Below are positions 1 through 6,111 of a stretch of 39,366 nucleotides of DNA, in pieces; position 1 is the stretch's first letter; every line of letters starts with the position of its first letter. Source of the DNA: a virus; IMG/VR virus record IMGVR_UViG_3300045988_130974, positions 1 through 39,366 of that record. One strand, given 5' to 3'. Below the pieces are notes generated by a model that was given only the letters and a program-made list of their open reading frames with translations, had not been told where the DNA came from and did not search any database. The position numbers and the translations under genes are program-made.

Positions 1-89
1 AACATAACGAATTACTGATTCTGCATTAAAACTTTCCATTCTATTTACCCCTTTCGTTCATTTTCGGGAACATCTATTTCAAAAAAAAT
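1..89. repeat. Terminal overlap, identical to 39278..39366
   Basis: Base-by-base comparison of aacataacgaattactgattctgc...ctatttcaaaaaaaat at both ends. This indicates assembly circularisation or terminal redundancy. Confidence 0.95.
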
Positions 90-281
90 AGGCATTTTAT
101 TTTTGTCGTAACCTAGCGCTGTAAGGATTTTTGCAAACTCATCAACAGAAATATTAATATCGCCGTTTTCACGTTTAGCATAGCTAACACGTGTCATACC
201 AAGCTTTTTCGCAATGTCAGCTTGCGTCATTCCTTGCGCTACACGTTCGGCCTTCAATCGTTTCAGATTAAATTTGACCAT
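45..281 (-). CDS. cro: Cro-like XRE-family HTH regulator (78 aa)
   Basis: The internal ATG at 281 is preceded by AGGAG. The product MVKFNLKRLKAERVAQGMTQADIAKKLGMTRVSYAKRENG is a classic HTH_3 motif. It is divergent from the repressor gene. The longer ORF-track extension to 455 crosses the promoter region. Confidence 0.8.
   Translation of the reverse strand: MVKFNLKRLKAERVAQGMTQADIAKKLGMTRVSYAKRENGDINISVDEFAKILTALGYDKNKMPIFFEIDVPENERKG
63..73. promoter_or_regulatory. Distal operator copy TTCGGGAACAT (O3)
   Basis: Same 10-11 nt motif as the two sites in the cI-cro intergenic region. It lies inside the 3' end of cro, about 240 bp from the others. Confidence 0.5.
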
Positions 282-304
282 TGCATAGCTCCTTTCCGTT
301 TCCT

Positions 305-343
305 TTCGGGAACAATTAATACTATATTCCATATGTTCCCGAA
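305..343. promoter_or_regulatory. Operator pair: TTCGGGAACA (305..314) and its inverted copy TGTTCCCGAA (334..343)
   Basis: Exact 10-nt inverted repeat. One copy fills the spacer next to the -35 of the cro promoter and the other sits just downstream of its -10. Confidence 0.6.
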
Positions 344-349
344 TGTCAA
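321..349 (-). promoter_or_regulatory. Early lytic promoter (P_R-like): TTGACA-17 nt-TATAGT
   Basis: The minus strand reads gtgTTGACAttcgggaacatatggaaTATAGTatt, a consensus -35 with 17-nt spacing and a 5/6 -10, directly upstream of cro. Confidence 0.7.
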
Positions 350-377
350 CACTAATATACAATATTTTTTCTTGTTG

Positions 378-406
378 TTCCAAAAACTGAACATTTGTCA
401 TATAAT
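378..406 (+). promoter_or_regulatory. Candidate repressor promoter (TATAAT at 401..406, weak -35 TTCCAA)
   Basis: A perfect -10 hexamer lies 32 nt upstream of the cI ATG. The -35 is poor. Confidence 0.35.
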
Positions 407-437
407 TTAAAGACAAAACAATAAGGTGGTGAAAGCA

Positions 438-1085
438 ATGAGAAATAACGATCAAGTAATAGATTATTTAAACGAGTTAATGGAAAAACAGCATATTTCG
501 CTTAATGAATTAGCGCGTAGAACGGGATTAGCTAAATCTAGTTTATCTAGGTATTTCAACAAAAAACGTGGTTTCCCAATTAATAAAGTAGATAAGTTTG
601 CAAAGGCGCTATATACAACTCCTGAAGAAATATTAGGAATCAACGAACAAAAATCAGACAATAATCACATAGATAAAGGTTATATAGCAGGAACTGAAAA
701 AATAACAATACCTATTGTCGGCGAAATTGCTTGCGGTGATCCGATTACTGCTGATCAAAACATAGATGGATATGCAACGGAAATATTTAATAAGCCCGTT
801 CCGTCTGGTATCTTATTTGGACTAATTTGTAAAGGCGATAGCATGGAACCAACAATACCTAACGGTGCGCTTGCTATAATTCATGAACAACCTACTGTTG
901 AAGACGGTGAAATCGCAGCCGTTCTCGTTGACGGCGATACGCAGGCTACTTTAAAACGGGTTCGACATCAAGGGAACGTTGTTATGCTATTAGCAGATAA
1001 CAACGATTACCCGCCTATTGTTTTAAGTGAAGATTACCCAGGCAGAATCATAGGTAAGTGCATTAGATATACAGTTAATTTATAA
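438..1085 (+). CDS. cI: CI-like repressor: N-terminal XRE HTH plus C-terminal S24 (LexA-like) autopeptidase
   Basis: ISLNELARRTGLAKSSLSRYF is the HTH. The C-terminal domain carries GDSMEPTIPNGA (catalytic Ser) and ATLKRV (Lys). The ATG at 438 follows AAGGTGGTGA. The gene is divergent from cro. Confidence 0.9.
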   Translation: MRNNDQVIDYLNELMEKQHISLNELARRTGLAKSSLSRYFNKKRGFPINKVDKFAKALYTTPEEILGINEQKSDNNHIDKGYIAGTEKITIPIVGEIACGDPITADQNIDGYATEIFNKPVPSGILFGLICKGDSMEPTIPNGALAIIHEQPTVEDGEIAAVLVDGDTQATLKRVRHQGNVVMLLADNNDYPPIVLSEDYPGRIIGKCIRYTVNL

Positions 1086-1132
1086 CTAAAGGAAATAAGT
1101 AGCAAAATTATAAATAATTGAGGTTAGATATT

Positions 1133-1996
1133 ATGAGAAAAAGTATTGCTTTCTTGATAATGGCATGTGGAATTGCCTTAGCCGGTTGCAGCACTAATAC
1201 AAACAAAGCGAAATCTTCAAGTTCTTCCAGTTCATCAAACGTTTCAAGATCATCATCGGTTAAGCCTGACCCTAACGCCTCTGAGCGGACTTGGACTTAC
1301 AAAAACAACGTTTTTGACGCTGGCAACGAAACTTATCGTTTTACCAAATGGGACGTTATGGATTCAGCAGATCAAGGCAAAAAGATTCTTGTCCTTTACT
1401 GTGATGTTACTAACAACTCGACAAAGGAAATGGACCCGTCAAACGTATATATGGTAGTTGGTGCCTATCAAAAAAACGAAACTTCTGACGTGCAGCTCAC
1501 ACCGGGAATGGCAGCATTAGATGAAAATGGGAACAATCCATTACAGCAATATGAAGACGGATTATACAACAAGTTGCTTCCTGGAAAGACCGTTAAAGCG
1601 GTTATGACGTTCACTATTAACAACGACAATCCAGTTCGCTTGGAATTTGACAACTATAACTTTGAAACAATCGGGACCAAGACTTACAAAGTTAGCAAAA
1701 AGTTAAGCAAAGCAGAAAGAAAGAAACTTAATCAATCTAACTCTTCATCATCTTCTACAACTCAAACAAACGTGGTTTCGCAAACTAAAACCGTTACTCA
1801 AAATAATGGTGGTAGCAGCACTACCCAGGCATCAAGTTCAAGCAGCAGCGATCAAACTTACACCGCTCAACCATCGCAAGGTGGTACGATTTATCAGACT
1901 GGCAACGATACTGGCAGTTTTGCAGGCGACCCAGATGTTATTGCTGACACGCAGCAGATTCAAGAAAGCATTGCAAAAGCGAATGGTTGGGAATAG
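1133..1996 (+). CDS. Prophage-encoded surface lipoprotein with Ser/Thr-rich linkers; candidate superinfection-exclusion factor
   Basis: Signal peptide with lipobox MRKSIAFLIMACGIALAGC-S. GAGGT RBS before the ATG at 1133. Poly-Ser tracts flank a globular domain. Located between repressor and integrase. Confidence 0.75.
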   Translation: MRKSIAFLIMACGIALAGCSTNTNKAKSSSSSSSSNVSRSSSVKPDPNASERTWTYKNNVFDAGNETYRFTKWDVMDSADQGKKILVLYCDVTNNSTKEMDPSNVYMVVGAYQKNETSDVQLTPGMAALDENGNNPLQQYEDGLYNKLLPGKTVKAVMTFTINNDNPVRLEFDNYNFETIGTKTYKVSKKLSKAERKKLNQSNSSSSSTTQTNVVSQTKTVTQNNGGSSTTQASSSSSSDQTYTAQPSQGGTIYQTGNDTGSFAGDPDVIADTQQIQESIAKANGWE

Positions 1997-2012
1997 CAAC
2001 TTAAACAAAAAT

Positions 2013-2037
2013 AACCCTAGCTGTTACGGCTAGGGTT
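2013..2037 (+). terminator. Hairpin AACCCTAGC-tgttacg-GCTAGGGTT after the lipoprotein gene
   Basis: 9-bp perfect stem followed by TTTAAAAAT. The T tract is weak. Confidence 0.45.
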
Positions 2038-2082
2038 TAAAAATAGACTTAAATCGAACATATGTACGAAAGGAAAATATTT

Positions 2083-3177
2083 ATGGCTTCTTTTACAAAA
2101 CGGAATGGAAAGTGGCAAGCTCGTATCAGCTGGCATGATGAAAATGGGAAACTCCACCAGAAAGCAAAGTCTGGATTTGCTACCAAAGCGCAGGCCAAAG
2201 ACTATGCAACTCAAATGGAAAATGAGCTGATCAATGGCGTTGATATTGCAGCAGACCCGGTTTTTGCCGACTACTTTAAAACGTGGTGTGAAACTTATCG
2301 CTTGCCGAAAATATCAAAGGCAACGGCTCGCAACTATATGAGTTATTACCGAGTTATCACAAGTTATTTTGGCGAAACTAGAATCAAGCAGATCAAGCGC
2401 AGCACCTATCAGCAATTTTTAAACGACTATGGCAAAGATCACTCGTTGGGAACAATGAAAGAAATGACGTCAAAAATTAAAGCTTGCGTTAAATCAGCTA
2501 TTGCAGACGGTATCATCACTAAAGACTTTACCTATAATGCAAATATAACCTATGACAAATCGTTGACACGAAACCCTGAGTATTTATCTATTAATGAGCT
2601 TAAACGGCTTATATCAGCCCTTAATGACGATTTAAAACCAGATAACGTTAAGCCTTATATCGTTTTGACTGCTATTTATACCGGCGCAAGATTTTCGGAA
2701 ATTATTGCTTTGACCTGGAAAGACGTTGACTACCTGCACCGAACGATCACGATTAATAAATCCATTGACTATAAGTACAATACCGGATTTAAGCCAACCA
2801 AAAATGAAAGTTCAAACAGGACAATTCGAGTTAATGGTGAGCTGCTTAAGATATTGTCGCAGCTAAAAGTTAATCAAACGCCACTTTTGTTTGCTAAAAC
2901 TCCGCAATCTTTTCGAACTATTTTCATAAAAAAAGTTAACGCCTATCTTAAATCGACTATGGAACGAATCGGAATTAAAAAACGCGATTATACGTTTCAT
3001 GCACTACGCCACAGCCATGTTGCGTTTCTTTTAAGTCAAGGAATCGATATTTACGCAATTAGCAAACGATTAGGGCACTCAAATATGACGACAACTAGCA
3101 ATGTATATGCTTACTTGATAGATGAATATAAGCACAAGCTGGACGACGAAATTGAGCAGAAATTAGCGCAATTATAG
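2083..3177 (+). CDS. int: Tyrosine recombinase (phage integrase)
   Basis: N-terminal SAM-like domain (FTKRNGKWQARISW). Catalytic motifs TGARFSEI, HALRHSHVAFLL and LGHSNMTTTSNVYAY. AGGAAA RBS before the ATG at 2083. Confidence 0.95.
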   Translation: MASFTKRNGKWQARISWHDENGKLHQKAKSGFATKAQAKDYATQMENELINGVDIAADPVFADYFKTWCETYRLPKISKATARNYMSYYRVITSYFGETRIKQIKRSTYQQFLNDYGKDHSLGTMKEMTSKIKACVKSAIADGIITKDFTYNANITYDKSLTRNPEYLSINELKRLISALNDDLKPDNVKPYIVLTAIYTGARFSEIIALTWKDVDYLHRTITINKSIDYKYNTGFKPTKNESSNRTIRVNGELLKILSQLKVNQTPLLFAKTPQSFRTIFIKKVNAYLKSTMERIGIKKRDYTFHALRHSHVAFLLSQGIDIYAISKRLGHSNMTTTSNVYAYLIDEYKHKLDDEIEQKLAQL

Positions 3178-3182
3178 CTATC

Positions 3183-3376
3183 GTTGCACTAATATTGCAC
3201 TGCTAAACTATAAATGCTGTTATATCAACGTTTTAACGATGTTAAATACATTGTCGATAAAGGTCAGCATAGTGTTATATAGTTTTTTATAATGCACAAA
3301 TATGCATATCAGCTCGATTTGCTGACCTAGAATGATATATAAGTTCCCTAACCGTTGCACTTTTTGTTGCACAAAA
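3183..3376. other. Probable attP: four TTGCAC/TGCAC arm-type repeats flanking a 9-bp inverted repeat
   Basis: cgTTGCACtaataTTGCACtg at 3183..3203 and cgTTGCACtttttgTTGCACaaaa at 3352..3376. AGGTCAGCA (3261..3269) pairs with TGCTGACCT (3320..3328), enclosing ATGCAcaaataTGCAT. The region lies immediately downstream of int. Confidence 0.45.
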
Positions 3377-3378
3377 AA

Positions 3379-3399
3379 CGGCCGTCATAATGACGACCG
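3379..3399 (-). terminator. Intrinsic terminator directly after the mini-CRISPR unit
   Basis: The minus strand reads CGGTCGTCAttaTGACGGCCG (9-bp stem, one mismatch) followed by TTTTTTGTG. Confidence 0.6.
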
Positions 3400-3486
3400 C
3401 AGCCCCACTCATGGTGGGGATAACTTTTTAAAAATCCAAACATCTAATATCAATATTGGGATCACGCCCACATACGTGGGGATAAC
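3397..3486 (-). CRISPR. Cas-less single-spacer mini-array with type I-E-like repeats (repeat 3459..3486, spacer 3425..3458, degenerate terminal repeat 3397..3424)
   Basis: The minus strand reads GTTATCCCCACGTATGTGGGCGTGATCC, then the 34-nt spacer CAATATTGATATTAGATGTTTGGATTTTTAAAAA, then GTTATCCCCACCATGAGTGGGGCTGCGG. The first 11 nt of both repeats are identical and both form CCCAC/GTGGG hairpins. The period is 62 nt. The repeat architecture matches the lactobacillus I-E class GTATTCnCCACGTATGTGGnGGTGATCC as recalled from the literature. Confidence 0.7.
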
Positions 3487-3513
3487 AATTTAAGTATATC
3501 TCAGCAGACTAAT

Positions 3514-3546
3514 AAAGTAACCCCTGTCAGGTTGCTTTATTTTTTA
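3514..3546 (+). terminator. Intrinsic terminator AAAGTAACC-cctgtca-GGTTGCTTT + ATTTTTTAT
   Basis: 9-bp stem (one G-U pair) with a strong T tract on the plus strand. In the minus direction it also follows the stop of the 52-aa gene, with a weaker T tract (TTTATTA). Confidence 0.6.
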
Positions 3547-3568
3547 TCCATTATCAATTTAACTGACT

Positions 3569-3727
3569 TTAGCCATGACCTTTGCCGCCGTATTTTTCAA
3601 TAATTAGTTTAATTGCCTCTACTTGTCGCAGATTAAAGACAATCTGTTCATAATGATTTCTTCCATCATATCCTCGGCTAACTACTTCGCCGTGTTGATT
3701 AAAATAAACATTTTTTTGCTCACCCAT
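3569..3727 (-). CDS. Small orphan protein, 52 aa (below the ORF-track size cut-off)
   Basis: Hand translation gives MGEQKNVYFNQHGEVVSRGYDGRNHYEQIVFNLRQVEAIKLIIEKYGGKGHG. GAGGT RBS 9 nt upstream of the ATG at 3727. Same strand as, and downstream of, the 65-aa gene. Confidence 0.5.
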   Translation of the reverse strand: MGEQKNVYFNQHGEVVSRGYDGRNHYEQIVFNLRQVEAIKLIIEKYGGKGHG

Positions 3728-3845
3728 TTATCGTTACCTCGAACATTAGTTTCTTTGATTATAGCATTTAAAATCAATTGAGAAACAATTGCAAAGAAAA
3801 CAAAAAGAAAAAGCCCGGCATCGCTCTTATAAAGCAAAAAAATTA

Positions 3846-4043
3846 CTATTTTTCCGAAATAATGCGATATGTTTTTTCAAAGATTTCTTTTTTTACTGGC
3901 CACATTTCTCCTTCAACGCCAATAATAATCCAATCTCCAGTATTAGCATGCATTACCCCTTCAAGCGTTTGAATATCCATAGGCTTATCTGTTTGATAAG
4001 CTTCAACTGGTATATATTTTTTTACTACTTTATACAATTTCAT
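3846..4043 (-). CDS. Small protein, 65 aa, resembling the PGDYG-type small beta-barrel phage proteins
   Basis: AAGGAAG RBS. The motif AYQTDKPMDIQTLEGVMHANTGDWIIIGVEGEMWPVKKEIFEKTY resembles the GDY/W..G..GE..P....F..TY signature of PGDYG-family proteins (recalled, not searched). Confidence 0.6.
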   Translation of the reverse strand: MKLYKVVKKYIPVEAYQTDKPMDIQTLEGVMHANTGDWIIIGVEGEMWPVKKEIFEKTYRIISEK

Positions 4044-4109
4044 AATCTATGCTTCCTTTTATTCGACCGGTATTCACTGTGCTCTTCAAATTAATATAAA
4101 TATACAAAA

Positions 4110-4196
4110 AAGCCCTACACACGGCCAATGTTAATTAAGAAGAGGACTCACCTCTTTTCTTTTTATTGATATTTTTTGGTGCCATGTGTAGGGCTT
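4110..4196 (-). terminator. Long nested hairpin: 16-bp outer stem plus inner AAGAGG/CCTCTT hairpin, with a T tract on the minus strand
   Basis: AAGCCCTACACACGGC (4110..4125) pairs with GCCATGTGTAGGGCTT (4181..4196). On the minus strand it is followed by TTTTTTGTAT. The inner hairpin 4139..4156 is followed by TTTCTTTTT on the plus strand. Confidence 0.55.
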
Positions 4197-4216
4197 ATAT
4201 TCAATTGTTATTAAAA

Positions 4217-4238
4217 GGCCCGGCATCAAAGCCGAGCC
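4217..4238 (-). terminator. Terminator of the late operon
   Basis: The minus strand reads GGCTCGGCtttgatGCCGGGCC followed by TTTTAAT, 65 nt after the stop of the last late gene. Confidence 0.5.
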
Positions 4239-4303
4239 TAAGTTGCGCGATATGGACTAGTCCCGACCAGGTGCGCTGAGCCTGGCCTTATCCTTGCATA
4301 TCA

Positions 4304-4900
4304 CTATTTACTGGAGCTACTAGTGGAGCTAGATTGTCCCCCAGCTATGAGATTTTGTACGCTATATGGCTCGTAGTAGCTTACGACTAAGTTACGAAAG
4401 CTGTATGTTGTCGTAGTATTATTGCCAATGCCAATCTTGATATATGCCACATTTTTTAGATTTGAATTGTCAAAAAGCCGTTGAGCACTTCGCAGACCAT
4501 TTTTGTTGCTAAAAATATCGTCCAACCCAACCGGAACCCCTTGATTATTCACAAGCTTATAGTTACCGTTGCTATCAACATCCCAGTATGACAACTCGTT
4601 CATATTTTTGTCTATAAAATTACACAGCAAGCATGGCCCTTGATCGCTTGCTGTAGAGGCGATATCTTTGATTTCAGCCGTCACACAAATCGGAACCCCT
4701 TTGAAGACGGGCACAATGACCAAAGCATCAGTCCTCCACCCAGAGGCTTTGGTCCAATTTGGATAAGTGATAGAAAGCGGGCCATTAACCGCTGGTTTAG
4801 TCATCAAATCAGTTAAATTAGCAATTGAAAGTTTGTCAGTAGTATGATAGTTAGCTCTGGCCTTGTCCATAAGAGAGGTCATAGTGCTGCTAAGCGACAT
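4304..4900 (-). CDS. Fibre/receptor-binding-like protein, 198 aa, post-lysin
   Basis: The N-terminus MSLSSTMTSLMDKARANYHTTDKLSIANLTDLM is paralogous to the N-terminus of the preceding 140-aa protein. Ser-rich C-terminal tail. GAGGGGG RBS. Overlaps the upstream gene by 11 nt. Confidence 0.5.
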   Translation of the reverse strand: MSLSSTMTSLMDKARANYHTTDKLSIANLTDLMTKPAVNGPLSITYPNWTKASGWRTDALVIVPVFKGVPICVTAEIKDIASTASDQGPCLLCNFIDKNMNELSYWDVDSNGNYKLVNNQGVPVGLDDIFSNKNGLRSAQRLFDNSNLKNVAYIKIGIGNNTTTTYSFRNLVVSYYEPYSVQNLIAGGQSSSTSSSSK

Positions 4901-5312
4901 ACGCTAAGCCCCCTCTCATAGTGCGGAAGAAAGACGTTAAGAGGGCCTTAGCTACCCCCCCTAATTTAGTCCAGTCAGACCAACCATTAGTGCTATTTTG
5001 ACGTGCCCAGACTACGTTGTTAACGAAAAAAAGTTGTGCTAAATTGCCATTCTTATCTTGAATGACATCGAGCTGTATTTTGTCGTCATTCGCCACGTTA
5101 GCGGGCTTACCTGAAAGGAACGCACCCGTTGTGTAATACCGAGCTGGTGTGGTTAAGTTACTAGCAACACTTGCCGCGCCGATGTTAACAATTTTGGTTC
5201 CTTCGTAAGAAGATAGTAAAGCAATTGCATCGCTAATTTTCAATGCTTGGTCAGTCTGTGTCACTTTACGCACAGAATTCATGAGTGCCTGCATCATATC
5301 ATTCAAACTCAT
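4890..5312 (-). CDS. Fibre tip / knob-like protein, 140 aa, post-lysin
   Basis: The N-terminus is MSLNDMMQALMNSVRKVTQTDQALKISDAIALL. The C-terminal VWARQNSTNGWSDWTKLGG resembles the W..W..L ending of pyocin-knob-type fibre tips (recalled). Confidence 0.5.
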   Translation of the reverse strand: MSLNDMMQALMNSVRKVTQTDQALKISDAIALLSSYEGTKIVNIGAASVASNLTTPARYYTTGAFLSGKPANVANDDKIQLDVIQDKNGNLAQLFFVNNVVWARQNSTNGWSDWTKLGGVAKALLTSFFRTMRGGLAYVA

Positions 5313-5316
5313 CTAA

Positions 5317-6108
5317 TCACCACTTCCCACTAAGAATAGCATCGTCTACATATTGCTTCGTCTCGTCTAAGATGTCTTGCTTATCGGCATCAGTCCAGTA
5401 ATCGGTGCCCTTGACCGGCGTATGACCGTCATTACCAGGATTGCCTTGAATGCCCTGTGGAATACCTAGATCAAGCGTGTAGGCGCCATTGTCGCCAGTC
5501 AAAGCTACTGTTGGTGCTTGATCAGGGCCAAGCTTAGTTACCGTTCCGATTTTTAGCGTAGGAGCAGGCCCTACATTACCTTTCTCACCTTGAATGCCTT
5601 GAGGAATGTTAAACGTTAGCTGATTTTCACCGTTAGCGATAGACTGCGTTACTGACGCCTTGCTTCCAGGTGATAACGTATTGGTGGCAACCACTTTGAC
5701 ATTCTGTCCAGCTTTATGCAGATCGTCGATAATAGCGTTGATGTCAGTAGTCGGGTCAATCGTCCCTAATGTATCATCGATATTTTCGTGCACCGTAAAC
5801 TCCATCACTCCGGTTGATGGATAGATAGCAGTAGATCTGTCATAGGTTTCCCACAACTCCAAAGCGTAGATGCCGTCTGGCAGTCTAGTTAGGTTACTTG
5901 ACGAAAGTTTGATTGTGTTGCCGAAAATCGCAACTGGGTACTCGCCGACATACTTATCACCTTTAGCAACCTTAGCTTTCCACGTGTGGCTGGCATCAGG
6001 TATGATTGGCCGTTTGTTATCGGCGTATAGTTTGATGGTGATATCGTTAGTCGTATCTTCACGCTTGAAGTCAGTATACGTAATGTCAAACTGTGTCACT
6101 CTAATCAC
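5317..6108 (-). CDS. BppU-N-like Ig domain protein with two short collagen-like G-X-Y segments, post-lysin
   Basis: The pattern ITIKLYADNKRPI...DGIYALELWE...VMEFTVHE resembles a baseplate-upper-protein N domain. GIQGEKGNVGPAP and GIQGNPGNDGHTP are G-X-Y runs. GTG start at 6108, or more likely the GTG at 6099 after AAGGGGTGA. Confidence 0.6.
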   Translation of the reverse strand: MIRVTQFDITYTDFKREDTTNDITIKLYADNKRPIIPDASHTWKAKVAKGDKYVGEYPVAIFGNTIKLSSSNLTRLPDGIYALELWETYDRSTAIYPSTGVMEFTVHENIDDTLGTIDPTTDINAIIDDLHKAGQNVKVVATNTLSPGSKASVTQSIANGENQLTFNIPQGIQGEKGNVGPAPTLKIGTVTKLGPDQAPTVALTGDNGAYTLDLGIPQGIQGNPGNDGHTPVKGTDYWTDADKQDILDETKQYVDDAILSGKW

Positions 6109-6111
6109 CCC

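Noticed and set aside
45-455. The 136-aa ORF-track version of the cro gene.
   Set aside because: The N-terminal 58 residues are translated from the promoter and operator region and have no RBS. The internal ATG at 281 has AGGAG and yields a complete HTH protein.
3397-3486. Reading the repeats on the plus strand as ...CCCCAC-TCATG-GTGGGGATAAC, reminiscent of the E. coli I-E repeat ending CGGGGATAAACCG.
   Set aside because: The minus-strand reading gives a much better full-length match to the lactobacillus I-E repeat class (GT.T.C.CCACGTATGTGG..GTGATCC). It puts the degenerate copy last and places an intrinsic terminator right after it. The plus-strand resemblance comes from the partial palindromy of I-E repeats.
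3778-4094. Plus-strand ORFs of 64 and 101 aa overlapping the 65-aa gene.
   Set aside because: Their translations are low-complexity Lys/Phe-rich sequence and they have no RBS. The minus-strand gene has an AAGGAAG RBS and a coherent small-domain sequence.
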